Origin: Eledone cirrhosa
Taxonomy: Eukaryota
Assembly: GCA_964016885.1 (NCBI GenBank)
Contig: OZ024751.1
Coordinates: 4,588,001-4,652,000, forward strand
Length of the DNA: 64,000 nt
Direction of reading: 5' to 3'
The notes under the pieces are model-generated. The model was not told where the DNA came from. It was given only the letters and a program-made list of their open reading frames with translations, and did not search any database. Position numbers and translations under genes: made by a program. Shown here in pieces: positions 1 to 19,562 of this stretch (its first letter is position 1; each line of letters opens with the position of its first letter).

Positions 1-199
1 TACATACATACATATATATATACACATACATACATATATATATATACATATACATATATATATACACATATACATACATATATACATATACATACATATA
101 TATATATATATACATATATACACATACATACACATATATATATACATACATACATACATATACATACATATATATAAATACATACATACATATATATAA

Positions 200-262
<63 letters not shown>

Positions 263-539
263 CATACATATATATATATACATATATATATATACATATA
301 TATACATACATATATATATATATATATACATACATATATATATACACATACATACATATATATATACATACATATATACATATACATATATATATATATA
401 TACATACATATATATATACATACATACATATATATACATATATACATACACATATATATACATACATATATATATATATATACATACATATATATATACA
501 TACATATATACACACATATACATATACATACATATATAT

Positions 540-584
<45 letters not shown>

Positions 585-789
585 CATATATATATACATA
601 GATACATACATACATACATACATATATATATACATACATATATATATATACATACATACATATATATATATACATACATATATATATATATACATATATA
701 TATACATAGATACATACATACATACATATATATATATACATACATATATATATACATACATACATATATATATATATATACATATATAT

Positions 790-840
<51 letters not shown>

Positions 841-847
841 TATATAC

Positions 848-892
<45 letters not shown>

Positions 893-899
893 TATATAC

Positions 900-944
<45 letters not shown>

Positions 945-997
945 TATATACATACATACATACACATACATATATATATATATACATATATACATAC

Positions 998-1030
<33 letters not shown>

Positions 1031-1095
1031 CATATATATATACATACATATATATACACATATATATATATATATATACACATATATATACATAC

Positions 1096-1136
<41 letters not shown>

Positions 1137-1637
1137 TATATATATACATATACATATACACATATATATATATATATATATACATACACACATACATACA
1201 TATATATATATATATATACATACATACATATATACATACATACATATATATATACATATATATACATACACACATACATACACAGATACATACACACATA
1301 TATATATATACATACATACATACATATATATACATATACATGCATACATATATATATACATGCATACATATATATATACACACATACATACATACATATA
1401 TATACATATATATACATACATACATATATATATATATATACATACATACATATATATATATATACATACATACATATATATATATATACATACATACATA
1501 CATACACATATACATACATACATATATATATATATACATACATACATACATATACATATATACATACATACATACATATATATATATACATACATACATA
1601 CATATATACATATACATACATACATATATATATATAT

Positions 1638-1668
<31 letters not shown>

Positions 1669-1929
1669 CATACATACATATATATATATATACATACATA
1701 CATATATATATATACACATACATACATATATATATATATATACATACATATATATATATATATATACATACATACATATATATATATACATACATACATA
1801 TACACATATATACACACATACACATATATATATATATACATACATATATATATATATACATACATATATATATATATATATACATACATACATATATATA
1901 CATATACATACATACATACATACATATAT

Positions 1930-1960
<31 letters not shown>

Positions 1961-2073
1961 TACATACATATATATACATATACATACATATACATACATA
2001 TATATATATATACATATACATACATATATATATACATATACATACACACATATATACACATACATACATACAT

Positions 2074-2112
<39 letters not shown>

Positions 2113-2707
2113 CATATACACATACATACATACATATATACATATACATACATATATATATACATATACATACATATATATACATATACATACATACATA
2201 TATACACATACATATATATATACACATATACATACATACATACATATATATACATATACATACACACATATATATACATATACATACATACATATATATA
2301 CACACATATATATATACATATACATACATACATATACATATACATATACATACATACATATATATATACATATACATACATATATATATATACATATACA
2401 GACATACATACATATACATATACATACATATACACATATACACATACATACACACATACATATACATACATATATATACATACATACATACATACATATA
2501 TACATACATATACATACATACATATATATATACATATACATACATATATATATATATATACATACACATACATATATATATACACATACATATACATACA
2601 TATACATATACATATACATATATATATATATATACATATACATACATATATATATACACATACATATACATACATACATATACATACATATACATACATA
2701 CATATAC

Positions 2708-2742
<35 letters not shown>

Positions 2743-4208
2743 CATACATACATATATATATATACATACATACATACATATATATATACATATACATACA
2801 TATATATATATATATATATACATACATATATATATACATATACATACACATATATATATACATATACATACATACATATACATACATACACATATATACA
2901 TATACATACACATATACATATACATATACATACACATATATATATACATATACATACATATACATATACATATACATATATATATACATATACATACACA
3001 TATATACACACATATACATACATATATATATATACATATACATACATATATATATACATATACATATACACATACATACATATACACATATACATATACA
3101 TACACATATACATATACATACATACACACATATACATATACATACATACATATATATACATATATATACATACATATATATATATATATATACATACATA
3201 CATACACATATACATACATACATATATATATATATATACATACATACATACACATATATATACATACATACATATATATATATATATACATACATACATA
3301 CATATATATATATATATACATACATACATACATATATACATATATATACATACATACATATATACATATACATACATATATATATATACATACATATATA
3401 TATATACATACATATATATATATACATACATATATATATATACATACATACATATATACATATACATATACATACATATATATACATATATACACATACA
3501 TACACATACATACATATATATATACATATACATACATATATATATACATACATATATACATATAAATACATATATATATACATACATATATATATATATA
3601 TATACATACATATACATATACATACATATATATATATATATATACATACACATACATATACATACATATATACATATATATACATACATATATATATATA
3701 TATATATACATATACATACACATACATATACATACATATATATACATATATATACATACACATATATATACATACATATATATATACATACATATATATA
3801 TACATACATATATATATATATATATATACATACATATATACATATATATATACATACATATATATATACATACATATATATATATATATATACATACATA
3901 TATATATATATACATATACATACATACATATACATATACATACATATATATATATATACATACATACATATATATACATATACATACATACATATATATA
4001 TACATACACATATACATACATACATATATATATATATACATACATATATATATACATACATATATATATACACATATACATACATACATACATATATATA
4101 TATACATACATATATACATATACATACATAGATATATATATACATATATATACATACATATATACATATACATACATATATATACATACACACATACATA
4201 TATATACA

Positions 4209-4240
<32 letters not shown>

Positions 4241-4270
4241 CATATACATATACATACATATATATATATA
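1..4270. repeat. Compound (TA)n/(TACA)n microsatellite
   Basis: Continuous TA/TACA/CA repeats; the YIHT-rich ORFs 1340-4131 are translation artefacts. Confidence 0.98.
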
Positions 4271-4710
4271 TGTACCGACTACAACCACACCAGGGGCAAC
4301 AGCGATACACCACCCTCCGGTACACCCCCCCCCCAACAGCGATCTACCTACCAACGATGCGTCACACCTCGTTACCGACCTAACCGGTACCCTCACCAAC
4401 GACGAACTCGAACTCCTGCGCCTCGGACCCAAGTTCATCATTACACAGCGTCTCGATGATAGACTGAAACTCGACATTGAAACCAACTTCTGTCGGACAG
4501 CGTATCAACTAAAATGGCTAACCGCCATCCAAAACAACACCGAGATTGATTACAACCCCACAACCCACCTCACACTCCCCACGTACCACCTCGACAACCC
4601 ACTCCACCCCCCACCCACCAACCACGAACTTGACACTAAACTACTCAGGTTGAAGCATTCTATCTCTAACATCCTTTCCCAACACACACACAATAAACGC
4701 AACCTCACCA

Positions 4711-6427
4711 ATGCACAATTTAACTCTCACCAACCTAAGATCCATGAACCTTGTTTACCTTCCCTCTGACAAGGGGAAAGAATTCTGTGTCATCTCGAGA
4801 GAGACCCACAACAACTTAGCTCTCCAACATCTTAATGACGACAGCCTCTACTTGAAAGTCACAGGGACCTCCTCGACTCTAATCGAGGAAGGCATTAACA
4901 CCATATGGACTAACATCTGTGCCCAACGACAACTGCCAAAGAAGGTAAAAAATAACATAACGACTAGAAACAGCAAACTACCCACCTACCACCTGGTGAA
5001 AACCCATAAACAAGGACCCGATTTGAAAATCAGGCCCATTGTCTCTAGCGTGGAGGGCCCACTTTACAAAATATCGTGGCTGCTCTCCACACTACTGAAA
5101 CCCATTCTACACACACTACCAGCCCACGTCTGCAGCTCAAAGGAGGTCTTGGAGCGACCACACCATTTGGCGCCCAACACCAGAAAGGACAACGGATATG
5201 CCTTCAGTCTTGATGCGGTCGCCCTTTATACCTCCGTACCAGCATCCCCAGCCGTCGACCTGTTAACCGAACGAGTCCGATCATCTAACTTACACTACTT
5301 CGGACTCACACACACGGACATCCACCAACTCCTCTCCTTCGTTGTGGATAATGCATTCTTTAATTTCCTCGGCCACACGTACAAACAGATCTCTGGGCTA
5401 CCTATGGGCTCTAGTCTGTCCGGCATAATTGCGATCTCGTACATGGACCATCCGGAACGCAAGGCACTCAACACCTGCCAACCCAACGCCGTCGCCTTCT
5501 ACTCCAGATACGTTGATGACATACTGATACTCACTTCTTCCCAGGAGATGGCAAATGAAATTCACCAAATCTTTAACGACACTGACCATCACGTCGATTT
5601 CACCATCGAACACCCTGAAGAAGACGGGTCACTCGCCCTCCTTGACTTCCGTATCAACATCTCGGAAGAAGGAGACAAACACCACCTTCTACCACAAGGC
5701 AGCGTGCAAGGACTTATTTGTGCATTACAACTCAGCCCTCCCCAACAACGCTAAGAGAGGCTATGTCCCAAATGAACCTATACGGATCACTAATAGATGC
5801 AGCGACCTGGTGGGTGGTCTCACCCATACCACGCAATTCCGTAATCTACTCAAGTCTAATGGATATCCCAAGCGACTGATTAACGGAATTAGAGACCCCA
5901 GACCCAATAAACAGACACCCACTAGAAACTTAGATAAATACAAGTGCTTCCTTAAAATCCCTCACCTGAGTGAATATACCACGAACGCCATCCGTAGGGC
6001 CATACGGAGGGAGGGACTTGATATACATTTGGCCCACACAGGACCTTCGCTCCGAAGATGCCTCTCCACCAAACCCGACGAGTCAGATGGGACGTGTTCC
6101 CTCAACAACTGCCCGATACGGGGGGCAGATTGCCTACGCACCTATGTCGTATATAAGATTCAATGCGATAAATGTAACAAGTTTTACATAGGTAGCACCA
6201 TCCGACCCCTACATGTTCGTATCAAGAAACATGTCAACACCAACACATCTTCCTTCCGTAAACACATCCTTAAATGCGGAAACCCACAGGGCAAACCCTT
6301 GGTCACAGTCCTAGCGACTGAACGCAGCATCGGATCCTTAAGGATAAAGGAAGCACCCGTTATTAAGAACCTCAGACCCCCACTTAACAACCGGGCTGAG
6401 AGAAATGAACTGACATGGCTAATCTAA
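4711..6427 (+). pseudogene. PLE reverse transcriptase/GIY-YIG endonuclease, frameshift near 5680
   Basis: Two overlapping ORFs (4711-5754 RT, 5555-6427 thumb + GIY-YIG) join into one PLE protein. Confidence 0.88.
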
Positions 6428-6851
6428 CCATAGTGACAAGTAACAGCCCCTACGGCCTACTATCTTTCACACACACGCACTTATATGTATACCCATACAC
6501 ACACATCTATATTTATACACGCACACATGTTTATACAACCTACCACCTTTCACATCCTTTGAATTCCAGCTTCTACGGCCCACTATCTTTTACACACACA
6601 CACTCACATACATACACATATACACACACAGTTACACACACATATATATTTACACACACATATTTTATGGCTTTCACGCGCTAGCGCACCCCATTGAAAT
6701 AGCCCAATTGGTCAGTAGCTTTTGCCACAGCCTATTACGCGCACGCACACTCTTTCCCTCGTTTGAATTTTCCCCATAACGGCATTCCTACGTTTTAATG
6801 ACAATACAACAACTTTCTCCGGCTTAGCCTGTTCCGCCCCTTTTGGAACTT

Positions 6852-6888
6852 TCCCCCCGTTGATGGGCGTTAGCCCGAAATATTGGGA
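6852..6888 (+). ncRNA. Degenerate minimal hammerhead ribozyme in the PLE 3' tail
   Basis: TCCC..CCGTTGA-T-GGGC gtta GCCC-GAAATAT-T-GGGA; two core substitutions relative to CUGAUGA. Confidence 0.4.
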
Positions 6889-7067
6889 TTAAATCTCCAC
6901 TACGGTAATACTTCTACGTTTGTTTTGTTTTCGTTTCTCTCATTTTTCACTTTTCTCCTATTTCTTACTCACTTCCTACCTCGATATTTCCCATCTGCAT
7001 TGTTATGGTTTTCTAAACTACATATTTTACATATTTCACAATGCTTCAAGCAAACTTTAACACCCTC

Positions 7068-8782
<1,715 letters not shown>

Positions 8783-8789
8783 CGAACAA

Positions 8790-9622
8790 AAAAAATCAAA
8801 AATATCAACAAGCTGAAATACTGTCAGCAGCAACACATCAACTTGACTGCCATTTCATCACTAGAGATTAAAAAACATAACCTCCAAAACAACATAATGT
8901 CCCTCATCAACAATCAGAGAAGAGCTGAAGAGGCCTGGGCCATTGAGAAGATCAAACTCAATCCCAAAGTGTTCTTTTCATTTGCAAAAAAACACAAAAT
9001 CACTGGCTCTACTGTTGGCCCTCTAATTGATGAAAATGGCACTCTTCAAGACAATGCTAAAACCATGGGTGAGATACTGCAGAAACAATACTGCTCTGTT
9101 TTCAGCAATCCTGATATGGCCGATTTGGGCTGTATCGGCGATGTTACTCCCCATTACACCTTATCGGACATAACGTTTGGCGCCCCTGATGTCTTGGCGG
9201 CAATAAAGGAAATCAAGCATAATTCAGCAGTAGGTCCCGATAGGTTCCCTGCTTGTGTCTTGAAGGCGTGTCAACACCAACTTGCATCTCCTCTTGCCAA
9301 TCTGTGGCGGAACTCACTGGATGCTGGATATGTGCCAGAAAACCTTCTATCCCAGTCTGTTGTCCCAGTTTTCAAAAAGGGAAACAAATCCCTTGCCGTG
9401 AATTACCGTCCAATCTCACTCACCTCTCATATCATTAAGGTATTTGAGAGAGTGGTGAGATCGCGAATGACCCACTTCCTTGAGAGTAACAATATGCTGA
9501 ACTCCAACCAGCATGGATTCCGTAATGGAAGGGATTGCCTGACGCAGCTACTGCATCACTTTGATGACATTTTGAGAGCCTTGGGAGAGGGTTCCAACAC
9601 TGATGTTATCTACCTTGATTTC
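8790..9622 (+). mobile_element. LINE ORF2 fragment (CR1/L2/Jockey-like RT), cut by the assembly gap
   Basis: [53 protein letters not shown]. Confidence 0.88.
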
Positions 9623-9822
9623 NNNNNNNNNNNNNNNNNNNNNNNNNNNNNNNNNNNNNNNNNNNNNNNNNNNNNNNNNNNNNNNNNNNNNNNNNNNNNN
9701 NNNNNNNNNNNNNNNNNNNNNNNNNNNNNNNNNNNNNNNNNNNNNNNNNNNNNNNNNNNNNNNNNNNNNNNNNNNNNNNNNNNNNNNNNNNNNNNNNNNN
9801 NNNNNNNNNNNNNNNNNNNNNN
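9623..9822. other. Assembly gap (200 N)
   Basis: Run of N. Confidence 1.
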
Positions 9823-11266
<1,444 letters not shown>

Positions 11267-11489
11267 AATTAAGTTAAAAATGTACATCTACATATGCATA
11301 CTGAAATACTAGTATGTATATGAATACACACACGTATACATATGTAGGTGTAACAAGTCTTTCACTGGTTGCTTTACTGTGAGCAACCCAGCTATTCTGT
11401 ATGTAAACACACAGACAAACCGGTTTTTAGAGTCATACTGGTTTTCGGGGGGAACACCTTCCCTCTATTTCCCAGAAAGCCAGACAAGG

Positions 11490-11534
11490 AATATTGAACT
11501 AGTTTCGTTGTTGTTACAACTCATCAGCAATATT
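11490..11534 (-). ncRNA. Minimal type I hammerhead ribozyme
   Basis: Minus strand AATATTG-CTGATGA-GTTGT aaca ACAAC-GAA-ACTAGT-T-CAATATT; palindromic stem III, GUU site. Confidence 0.85.
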
Positions 11535-11957
11535 TACCTATCTACCGGCCCTTCTGGAGAATTGTAAAAGCACATATCGTTATATGCTTTTTCTATGAAA
11601 ATTAGTAGTGGGCAGACTAATTTGCATAGAGTGTGAGTACGCACCGGTTCAGCGGAGACGATAAAAAACAAATAACGAAACGAAATTAAATTTCGTTTCG
11701 TTTGTAACTCACTTTTGTATGACTGACGCTTAAACAATTAAGTTAAAAATGTACATCTACATATGCATACTGAAATACTAGTGTGTATATGAATACACAC
11801 ACGTATACATATGTAGGTGTAACAAGTCTTTCACTGGTTGCTTTACTGTGAGCAACCCAGCTATTCTGTATGTAAACACACAGACAAACCTGTTTTTAGA
11901 GTCATACTGGTTTTCGGGGGAACACCTTCCCTCTATTCTCCAGAAAGCCAGACAAGG

Positions 11958-12002
11958 AATATTGAACTAGTTTCGTTGTTGTTACAACTCATCAGCAATA
12001 TT
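11958..12002 (-). ncRNA. Minimal type I hammerhead ribozyme (second tandem copy)
   Basis: Identical to 11490-11534, 468 bp away. Confidence 0.85.
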
Positions 12003-12163
12003 TACCTATCTACCGGCCCTTCTGGAGAATTGTAAAAGCACATATCGTTATATGCTTTTTCTATGAAAATTAGTAGTGGGCAGACTAATTTGCATAGAGT
12101 GTGAGTACGCACCGGTTCAGCGGAGACGATAAAAACAAATAACGAAATATTATATATATATAT

Positions 12164-13935
<1,772 letters not shown>

Positions 13936-13940
13936 ATTTA

Positions 13941-14480
13941 TTAAAATAACAGATTAAAGTTTAAGCAAAGAATCGCTGCTTTCACCCTTAACAGGATCTT
14001 CTGAAACTAAAAAAAAAAAAAAAATCAATCTGTGAACGCAGAAGTAAATATTTCGAAAAACGTTGCAACCGAAGGAAAACAGGAAGACGATATTTTTGTT
14101 CTTGAAGACGTTCCCTGGAAAATGAACGGGAAAAGGCGAAGATAAAACGTCGTTATGTGGAGCGTGGAGAACAAATACACGCAAAGACAAAACCACGTTT
14201 ATGGTATAAATGAAGTCATAGACTAATATTCTATTTAGGAAACCGAATGATTCTCGGCTTCGGAGTTAAGAATAATGTAAATAAATTAGTAGAACGAAAA
14301 TGACAGAAGTTATTAAAATCAAATAATTAAATATATACACGCATCTATATACATACATACACAGGCATACGCAAAACATCCGCCATGCATGGATATACAT
14401 GCACGTACACATAAATACGTGCACAGATACATGAATCCGCGCGACACCTGTATCCGCACACATACGAACGTATACACATT
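13941..14480. repeat. Dispersed repeat, related to 32991-33051 (same orientation) and 37330-37612 (inverted)
   Basis: Shared TTAAAATAACAGATTAAAGTTTAAGCAAAG..TCGCTGCTTTCACCCTTAAC and CGTCGTTATGTGGAGCG..GACTAATATTCTATTTA blocks. Confidence 0.75.
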
Positions 14481-14659
14481 AAAAATATATATATATATAT
14501 ATGGGATAAGTTATCGTTATAGGTAATCCAGTTAGAGGTTGTGAGTACTCTGCGTCGTGGATAGTTTTAACGTACGGCTTTGTTTAACTCAACAAGATGT
14601 TTCCATAGTTAGGCACCGAGTTCGCGGTAATTCCTATGTAGGTTATACTTGGAGTAATA

Positions 14660-15434
14660 ATAGTGAAAGATTGAAGAGTAACATGGTTGGCTGTACAACA
14701 GGGGGCTTTATTTCAGGTATTAACAATTGTTTCATTGATCAGGTGAGTCTAGAGGCCGCTAATCGCTCGAAGTTGCGTCACTCGATCTCAAATACATTAT
14801 TTACCTCTGATAAAATCCCCAGAATACAAATAATTCATACATGGCAAGTTATATATAGAGAAATAGCGTAGAATTAAAACAATAACATCAATAATAAAAT
14901 ATATATGATAAATAGGTAGAGAAGTTACAGATGTAAAAAGTAAAAAGTAAGAGAAAAGATACAATAAAAAAGTAAGAAAATGGAAAAATAATAGAAATAT
15001 AAAGAAATAAGGATAAGTGAGAGCATATAAGTACAGAATATGATAGCGGTGGTGGTGAATAAATGTCCGTATAAGGATTCTGTGGTGGGTTTAGTGCTAA
15101 CATGAAAAGTCATATTCGAAACATACATAGATATGTGTAGAGAGTCTGAGGTAGTAACAAATGACAGATAAAGGAAAAAGCAATAAATTAGAGATTAATT
15201 GGGAGATACTAGTATGAGACCCAAGGGCTAAGTGTGGATGGTGAAGGGAGGTTTGACAAATGTGTGTGGTAAATGTTTTGCTGATTGTCTTGTCTTAATG
15301 GCGTTGATGCGGTTTCAGGGAGAGAGGGTGAAAGAGATGTTAAGAGATTTATGATCTGGTGACCAGTTGGCTGATCAATGAAACAATTGTTAAATTGTTG
15401 TACAGCCAACCATGTTACTCTTCATTCTTTCACT
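14660..15434. repeat. Non-coding module with inverted segments 14660-14742 / 15371-15434
   Basis: TAGTGAAAGA.TGAAGAGTAACATGGTTGGCTGTACAACA and TTAACAATTGTTTCATTGATCAG reappear as reverse complements. Confidence 0.75.
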
Positions 15435-15447
15435 ATATATATATATA

Positions 15448-16321
15448 TACTATAAATTATATCCATAGAATCATTTGATAAGATATATCCACGATTTCCT
15501 CTCCCAATCAGCATAATCAACCACAAAAAAAAAACAATTAAACCAGGCTATAAGATTAAAAGACACTTATGAAGAAATAATAGATAAATAAACGACAGCC
15601 ATCTATTCGCGATCAAAGCTATAGAATATTTACCCAGCATTTCAATAGCACGTGGAAATCGATTAAATATATCGTCAACTATACACAATTAGGTATAAAA
15701 TTAAAGTTAGAAGAAAAAATGTATATAAACATACCAGGATTACGTTTCTACTCCTTAGGGTTTCATTCGCTTTTGGAAATATCCGATCAAGGATAAATTC
15801 TCGAGCTTCGAAATCATCAGGAAACAAACTTACTTGGACGAAGATTTTTCTTAAATGATCACCGCCAGAAACGAATTCAAAATGGCTAAGAACTGTGACG
15901 TGGCAGTGGTCAAGTCAGAAAGAATGTGATTGGTGCCTTACGACGAGTGGGCTGGTTGCTAGAAAGTGCAGCTTAATATTGCCTAAATTGCATCTCAACC
16001 TTATGGGAGATTATCAAATATAAAGATTTACATATACACAAACTAGACAAAGTCATAGATATATATGTTTTTGGCAACCATTCACGATGTGGCTCAATGA
16101 TGAATTAATAAATTAAATAATCAGAGCAATATACTATAAATTAAGTCCATAGAATCATTTGATAAGATATATCCACCATTTCCTCTCCCAATCAGCATAA
16201 TCAACCACACAAAAAAACAAATTAAACCAGGCTTTAAGATTAAAAGGCACCTATGAAGAAATAATAGATACATAAACGTCAGCCATCTATTCGCGATCAA
16301 CAGCTATAGAATATTTACCCA

Positions 16322-16325
<4 letters not shown>
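15448..16325 (-). mobile_element. Partial-tandem non-coding element (684-bp unit, ~190-bp terminal direct repeat) with HHR
   Basis: 15448-15640 repeats at 16132-16325; TA flanks. Confidence 0.75.
15744..15825 (-). ncRNA. Type I hammerhead ribozyme candidate
   Basis: Minus: GTTTC-CTGATGA-TTTCG..CGAAT-GAA-ACCC taa GGaGT-A-GAAAC; GUA site, U-U mismatch at stem II base. Confidence 0.65.
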
Positions 16326-16379
<54 letters not shown>

Positions 16380-17500
16380 ATACATATAATTATATAAACG
16401 TATATAAATATACACAAATACGTATATAACTTGCGCACACACATACCTACAGGTAAATACACATAAGTTCACCAAACGTACATCACCAAAACACAATGTA
16501 CACATATACACACCTTACATACGTGCAAACACGCATATACTCATAGGCACACAAACACAAAATACACATATACACATGTACCAGTATAAATAATATAATA
16601 AATACACCTATAACAAATACAAGCATATATACGTACGAGAAAGTGTACGTACCTTCACAAAACATACGGGTAAGGTATACTTACCTATACAAATAAGTAA
16701 TGGTATAAACATAAAATATACTTAGCTACCACATCAAGACGTAAATTATCCGCGTATTGTTCGTACTATCCGTTAGGGTATAATGTGGGGCTGTTATACA
16801 GGAAAGTTTTATGCAATTTGTGTTTACAAGCCGAAATTACCTCAGATTTTTTGTTTAAGATGTGGTCATTGGCGTAGAGTATTTTCAGGGCTTCAGCGGC
16901 GCAAAAATCACAAGGTCTTTTATTTCCGTTATCCGATCTGGCTTTAGCTAGGATATCCCAGTGTAACCTATATTGGGTGTAGTTGTCTTTTAGACTCCAG
17001 ATACAAGCTGAAAGTGACGTCATATTCCTTCTTAAAGGGTAAAGAAAAGAATGGCTGTGCATGTAAAGACGCTGCTTGAATCTATTGGCGGTTAACCCTA
17101 TGTAGGCCTTACGGGACGTGGGTGTTTCGACCTTACATTTGTAGACAATGTTACTGGAGAGGCATTTCTCGGATAGAGGGCAGTCAGCCCGATTCCTACA
17201 ATTACAGTTAGTACTAGCTACAGGGTTGCACGTGTTCCTACGGCTAGGTAATTTAGCTAAATTTGAGGTAGTGATGTTATGTGCAAGGTTAGGAGTCGTA
17301 GAGTAAGATATATTAATGGTATTTCTATTAAAATTTTATTATGCTGAGGGGAAATGCTTCTTAATAAGGGAGAGAAAGATCTTAGCTAATGGTGTGGCCA
17401 CCTCCATATTATATGGTGGGTTACACCATATAATGTGTCGGGATCTATTTTTCCTTGGTCTATGCTCATACTTAGTATATGCTACCTTATCGAGTGTTCT
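16380..17500 (-). mobile_element. PLE 3' fragment (GIY-YIG)
   Basis: Minus translation CNCRNRADCPLSEKCLSSNIVYKCKV..AYIGLTANRFKQR..TSLSACIWSLK..CDFCAAE..LNKKSEVISACKHK. Confidence 0.85.
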
Positions 17501-17649
17501 TATATATTTGATATATATTTATTCTTATCGAGCCCTCTTTGGATTTTAGTCTTAAAATGTATTATTATTACTATATATATATATATATAGAGAGAGATAG
17601 ATATTTATTTAAGACAACAAAAGGCTCGACTCTATTCTTCTAATGTTGC

Positions 17650-17730
17650 AATATCACAATACGCATTTTCATCGCCTGGTTATATCAAATCATGGCACAA
17701 GTCTTTGGCGACACCATCAGGTGTAGATTG
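17650..17730 (-). ncRNA. Degenerate HHR in a short TA-flanked insert
   Basis: Minus: CTGATGG-T-GTCGCC..GGCGAT-GAAAATGCGTA; A9 substituted, stem I weak. Confidence 0.4.
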
Positions 17731-17741
17731 AAAAGATTAGG

Positions 17742-17787
<46 letters not shown>

Positions 17788-18144
17788 TAGATATATATCA
17801 CTCATCTGTAAACAAAAATTAGTTGTGACGTCACTGGTGCCGAGTTGTATTAGCTTTTGCCTTTCCCTTAGATAATTGTATAAATAGTGTATATATATAT
17901 AGTGTACATAATGTATATATCGTAAAATATGTAGTTTATATAATGTATATATTGTGCATAAATAAGTTGCAGCGAACACAACTGCCAAGCTGCATCGGTG
18001 AGGTGGAGAGGAGAGACTAGTATGCATGGGCGACTGCTGGTCTTCGACAAAAGACTTTGCTCAGGCTTGTTCCAAAGAGAGGAAGTTTCCAGGTCATGAC
18101 CGAATGGATTCCTCCCTTCTCCTATATGATGCAATGACCTTCAA

Positions 18145-18176
<32 letters not shown>

Positions 18177-18506
18177 TTACCTATATTTCCTTTTTCCGAT
18201 AGAGCGAATTATTTCTTAATGAAAAATGAAGCTAACTTAGCCATTCAATAAAGAGAGATCGATAACGTAAGTACTGAGGTCGATAAGATCTACTAAAACC
18301 ATGAAACCAATCCAATTACCGAGAGCAGTAAAAGATTATATAATTTTTCACTGATCAATAAAATATATTCAATTATTTAGGCAGTTATACTCAGTCTGGA
18401 TGTACGATATTTTTTTTAGAATGCAAGAATCTAGGCGGAATTCATTTGCATAATACAGGAAATCGGTTGATTGCGACAATTGATACCCCTCACTCACTTT
18501 ATATAT

Positions 18507-18538
<32 letters not shown>

Positions 18539-18616
18539 GTAGTGTATATATATATATATATGTAGTGTATATATATATATATATATGTAGTGTATATATA
18601 TATATATATATATGTA

Positions 18617-18685
<69 letters not shown>

Positions 18686-18784
18686 ATATACATGTAGTGT
18701 TTATGTATATATATGTAGTGTATATATATATGTATGTATATATGTAGTGTATATATGTATATATATGTATATATATGTAGCGTT

Positions 18785-19135
18785 TTTATTGAAGAATAAG
18801 AAATGTGTTATATATAGAATGAACCCTCAATTAAATTGTAAAACTAGAAATGTAGTCTATAGCATAAGATGTACAGAGGGTACTTGCAGAATTATGACAA
18901 CGACATACATAGGTGAGACAGCTCGAAGCATAAGAGAAAGAATAGACCAACACCGAGGGGAACTAAAAGGACAAAAAAACAAAACAAAAAAACGGCTCAG
19001 TACTATATGAACACGCCAGATAAAGACATGATGGGAATATAGACAACATAGAAATTAAAATAATATCTAAACATAAAAATGACTCAACAGGTAGGTAAAT
19101 CAGAGAAGCAACTGAAATAGAACTAAGAAAAAACA
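18785..19135 (+). mobile_element. PLE GIY-YIG fragment, same family as 45620-48063
   Basis: NCKTRNVVYSIRC..TYIGETARSIRERIDQH; matches reverse complement of 46145-46443. Confidence 0.85.
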
Positions 19136-19183
19136 ACCATACCCAAACACATAATACTGACCCAACTGGATGATATTATTACA

Positions 19184-19562
19184 GTGGCAGTATCGGTAGA
19201 GGGTTGGGCGCCATGCTTTCTAGCATAGTTACGTCCCTTTACAGTCTGAGTTCAAATCCCGCCGAGGTTAACTTTGCCTTTCATCTTTACGGGGTCGATA
19301 AAATAAAGTACCAGTGATGTACTGGGTAATTGCTGGCCTTGTGCCTAAAGTAGAAACAATTATTACAGGCGGTGAATTGGCAGTATCAGTAGAGGGTCGG
19401 ACGCCATGCTTTGACGCATTGAGTTACGGCCCTTGCCATTCTGAGTTCAAATCCCGCCGAAGTTAACTTTGCCTTTCATCCTTACGGGGTCGATAAAATA
19501 AAGTACCAGTAATACACTGAGTAATTGCTGGCCTTGTGCCAAATGTAGAAACAATTATTACA
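19184..19562 (+). mobile_element. Tandem dimer of tRNA-derived SINE (Nin/Deu-domain-like)
   Basis: A-box TGGCAGTATC.G, B-box GAGTTCAAATCC, core GCCTTTCATC.TTACGGGGTCGATAAAATAAAGTACCAG, ATT tail; two copies. Confidence 0.85.

Larger units (their letters stand above)
4272..7067 (+). mobile_element. Penelope-like retroelement (RT + C-terminal GIY-YIG), frameshifted, flanked by TA tracts
   Basis: LRLGPKF near 4420; ORF 4711-5754 with KTHK..IRPIVS, SLDAVALYTSVP, GLPMGSSLS, RYVDD; ORF 5555-6427 with CSLNNCPI..VVYKIQCDKCNKFYIGST.RPLHVRIKKH; long 3' non-coding tail. Confidence 0.9.
11267..12148 (-). mobile_element. Tandem ~468-bp non-coding repeat (about 1.9 units), one HHR per unit (retrozyme/mini-PLE-like)
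   Basis: 11271.. recurs at 11740.. almost identically; flanked by (TA)n on both sides. Confidence 0.85.

Noticed and set aside
1340-4131. 741-aa and 923-aa ORFs and all other YI/HT/CM-rich ORFs
   Set aside because: Stop-free translations of TA/CA microsatellites
14715-15395. HHR at CTGATCAATGAAACAATTGTTAA (both orientations)
   Set aside because: No CUGANGA with a proper stem II; at best a relic
19184-19562. tRNA genes
   Set aside because: A/B boxes belong to SINE heads; no cloverleaf
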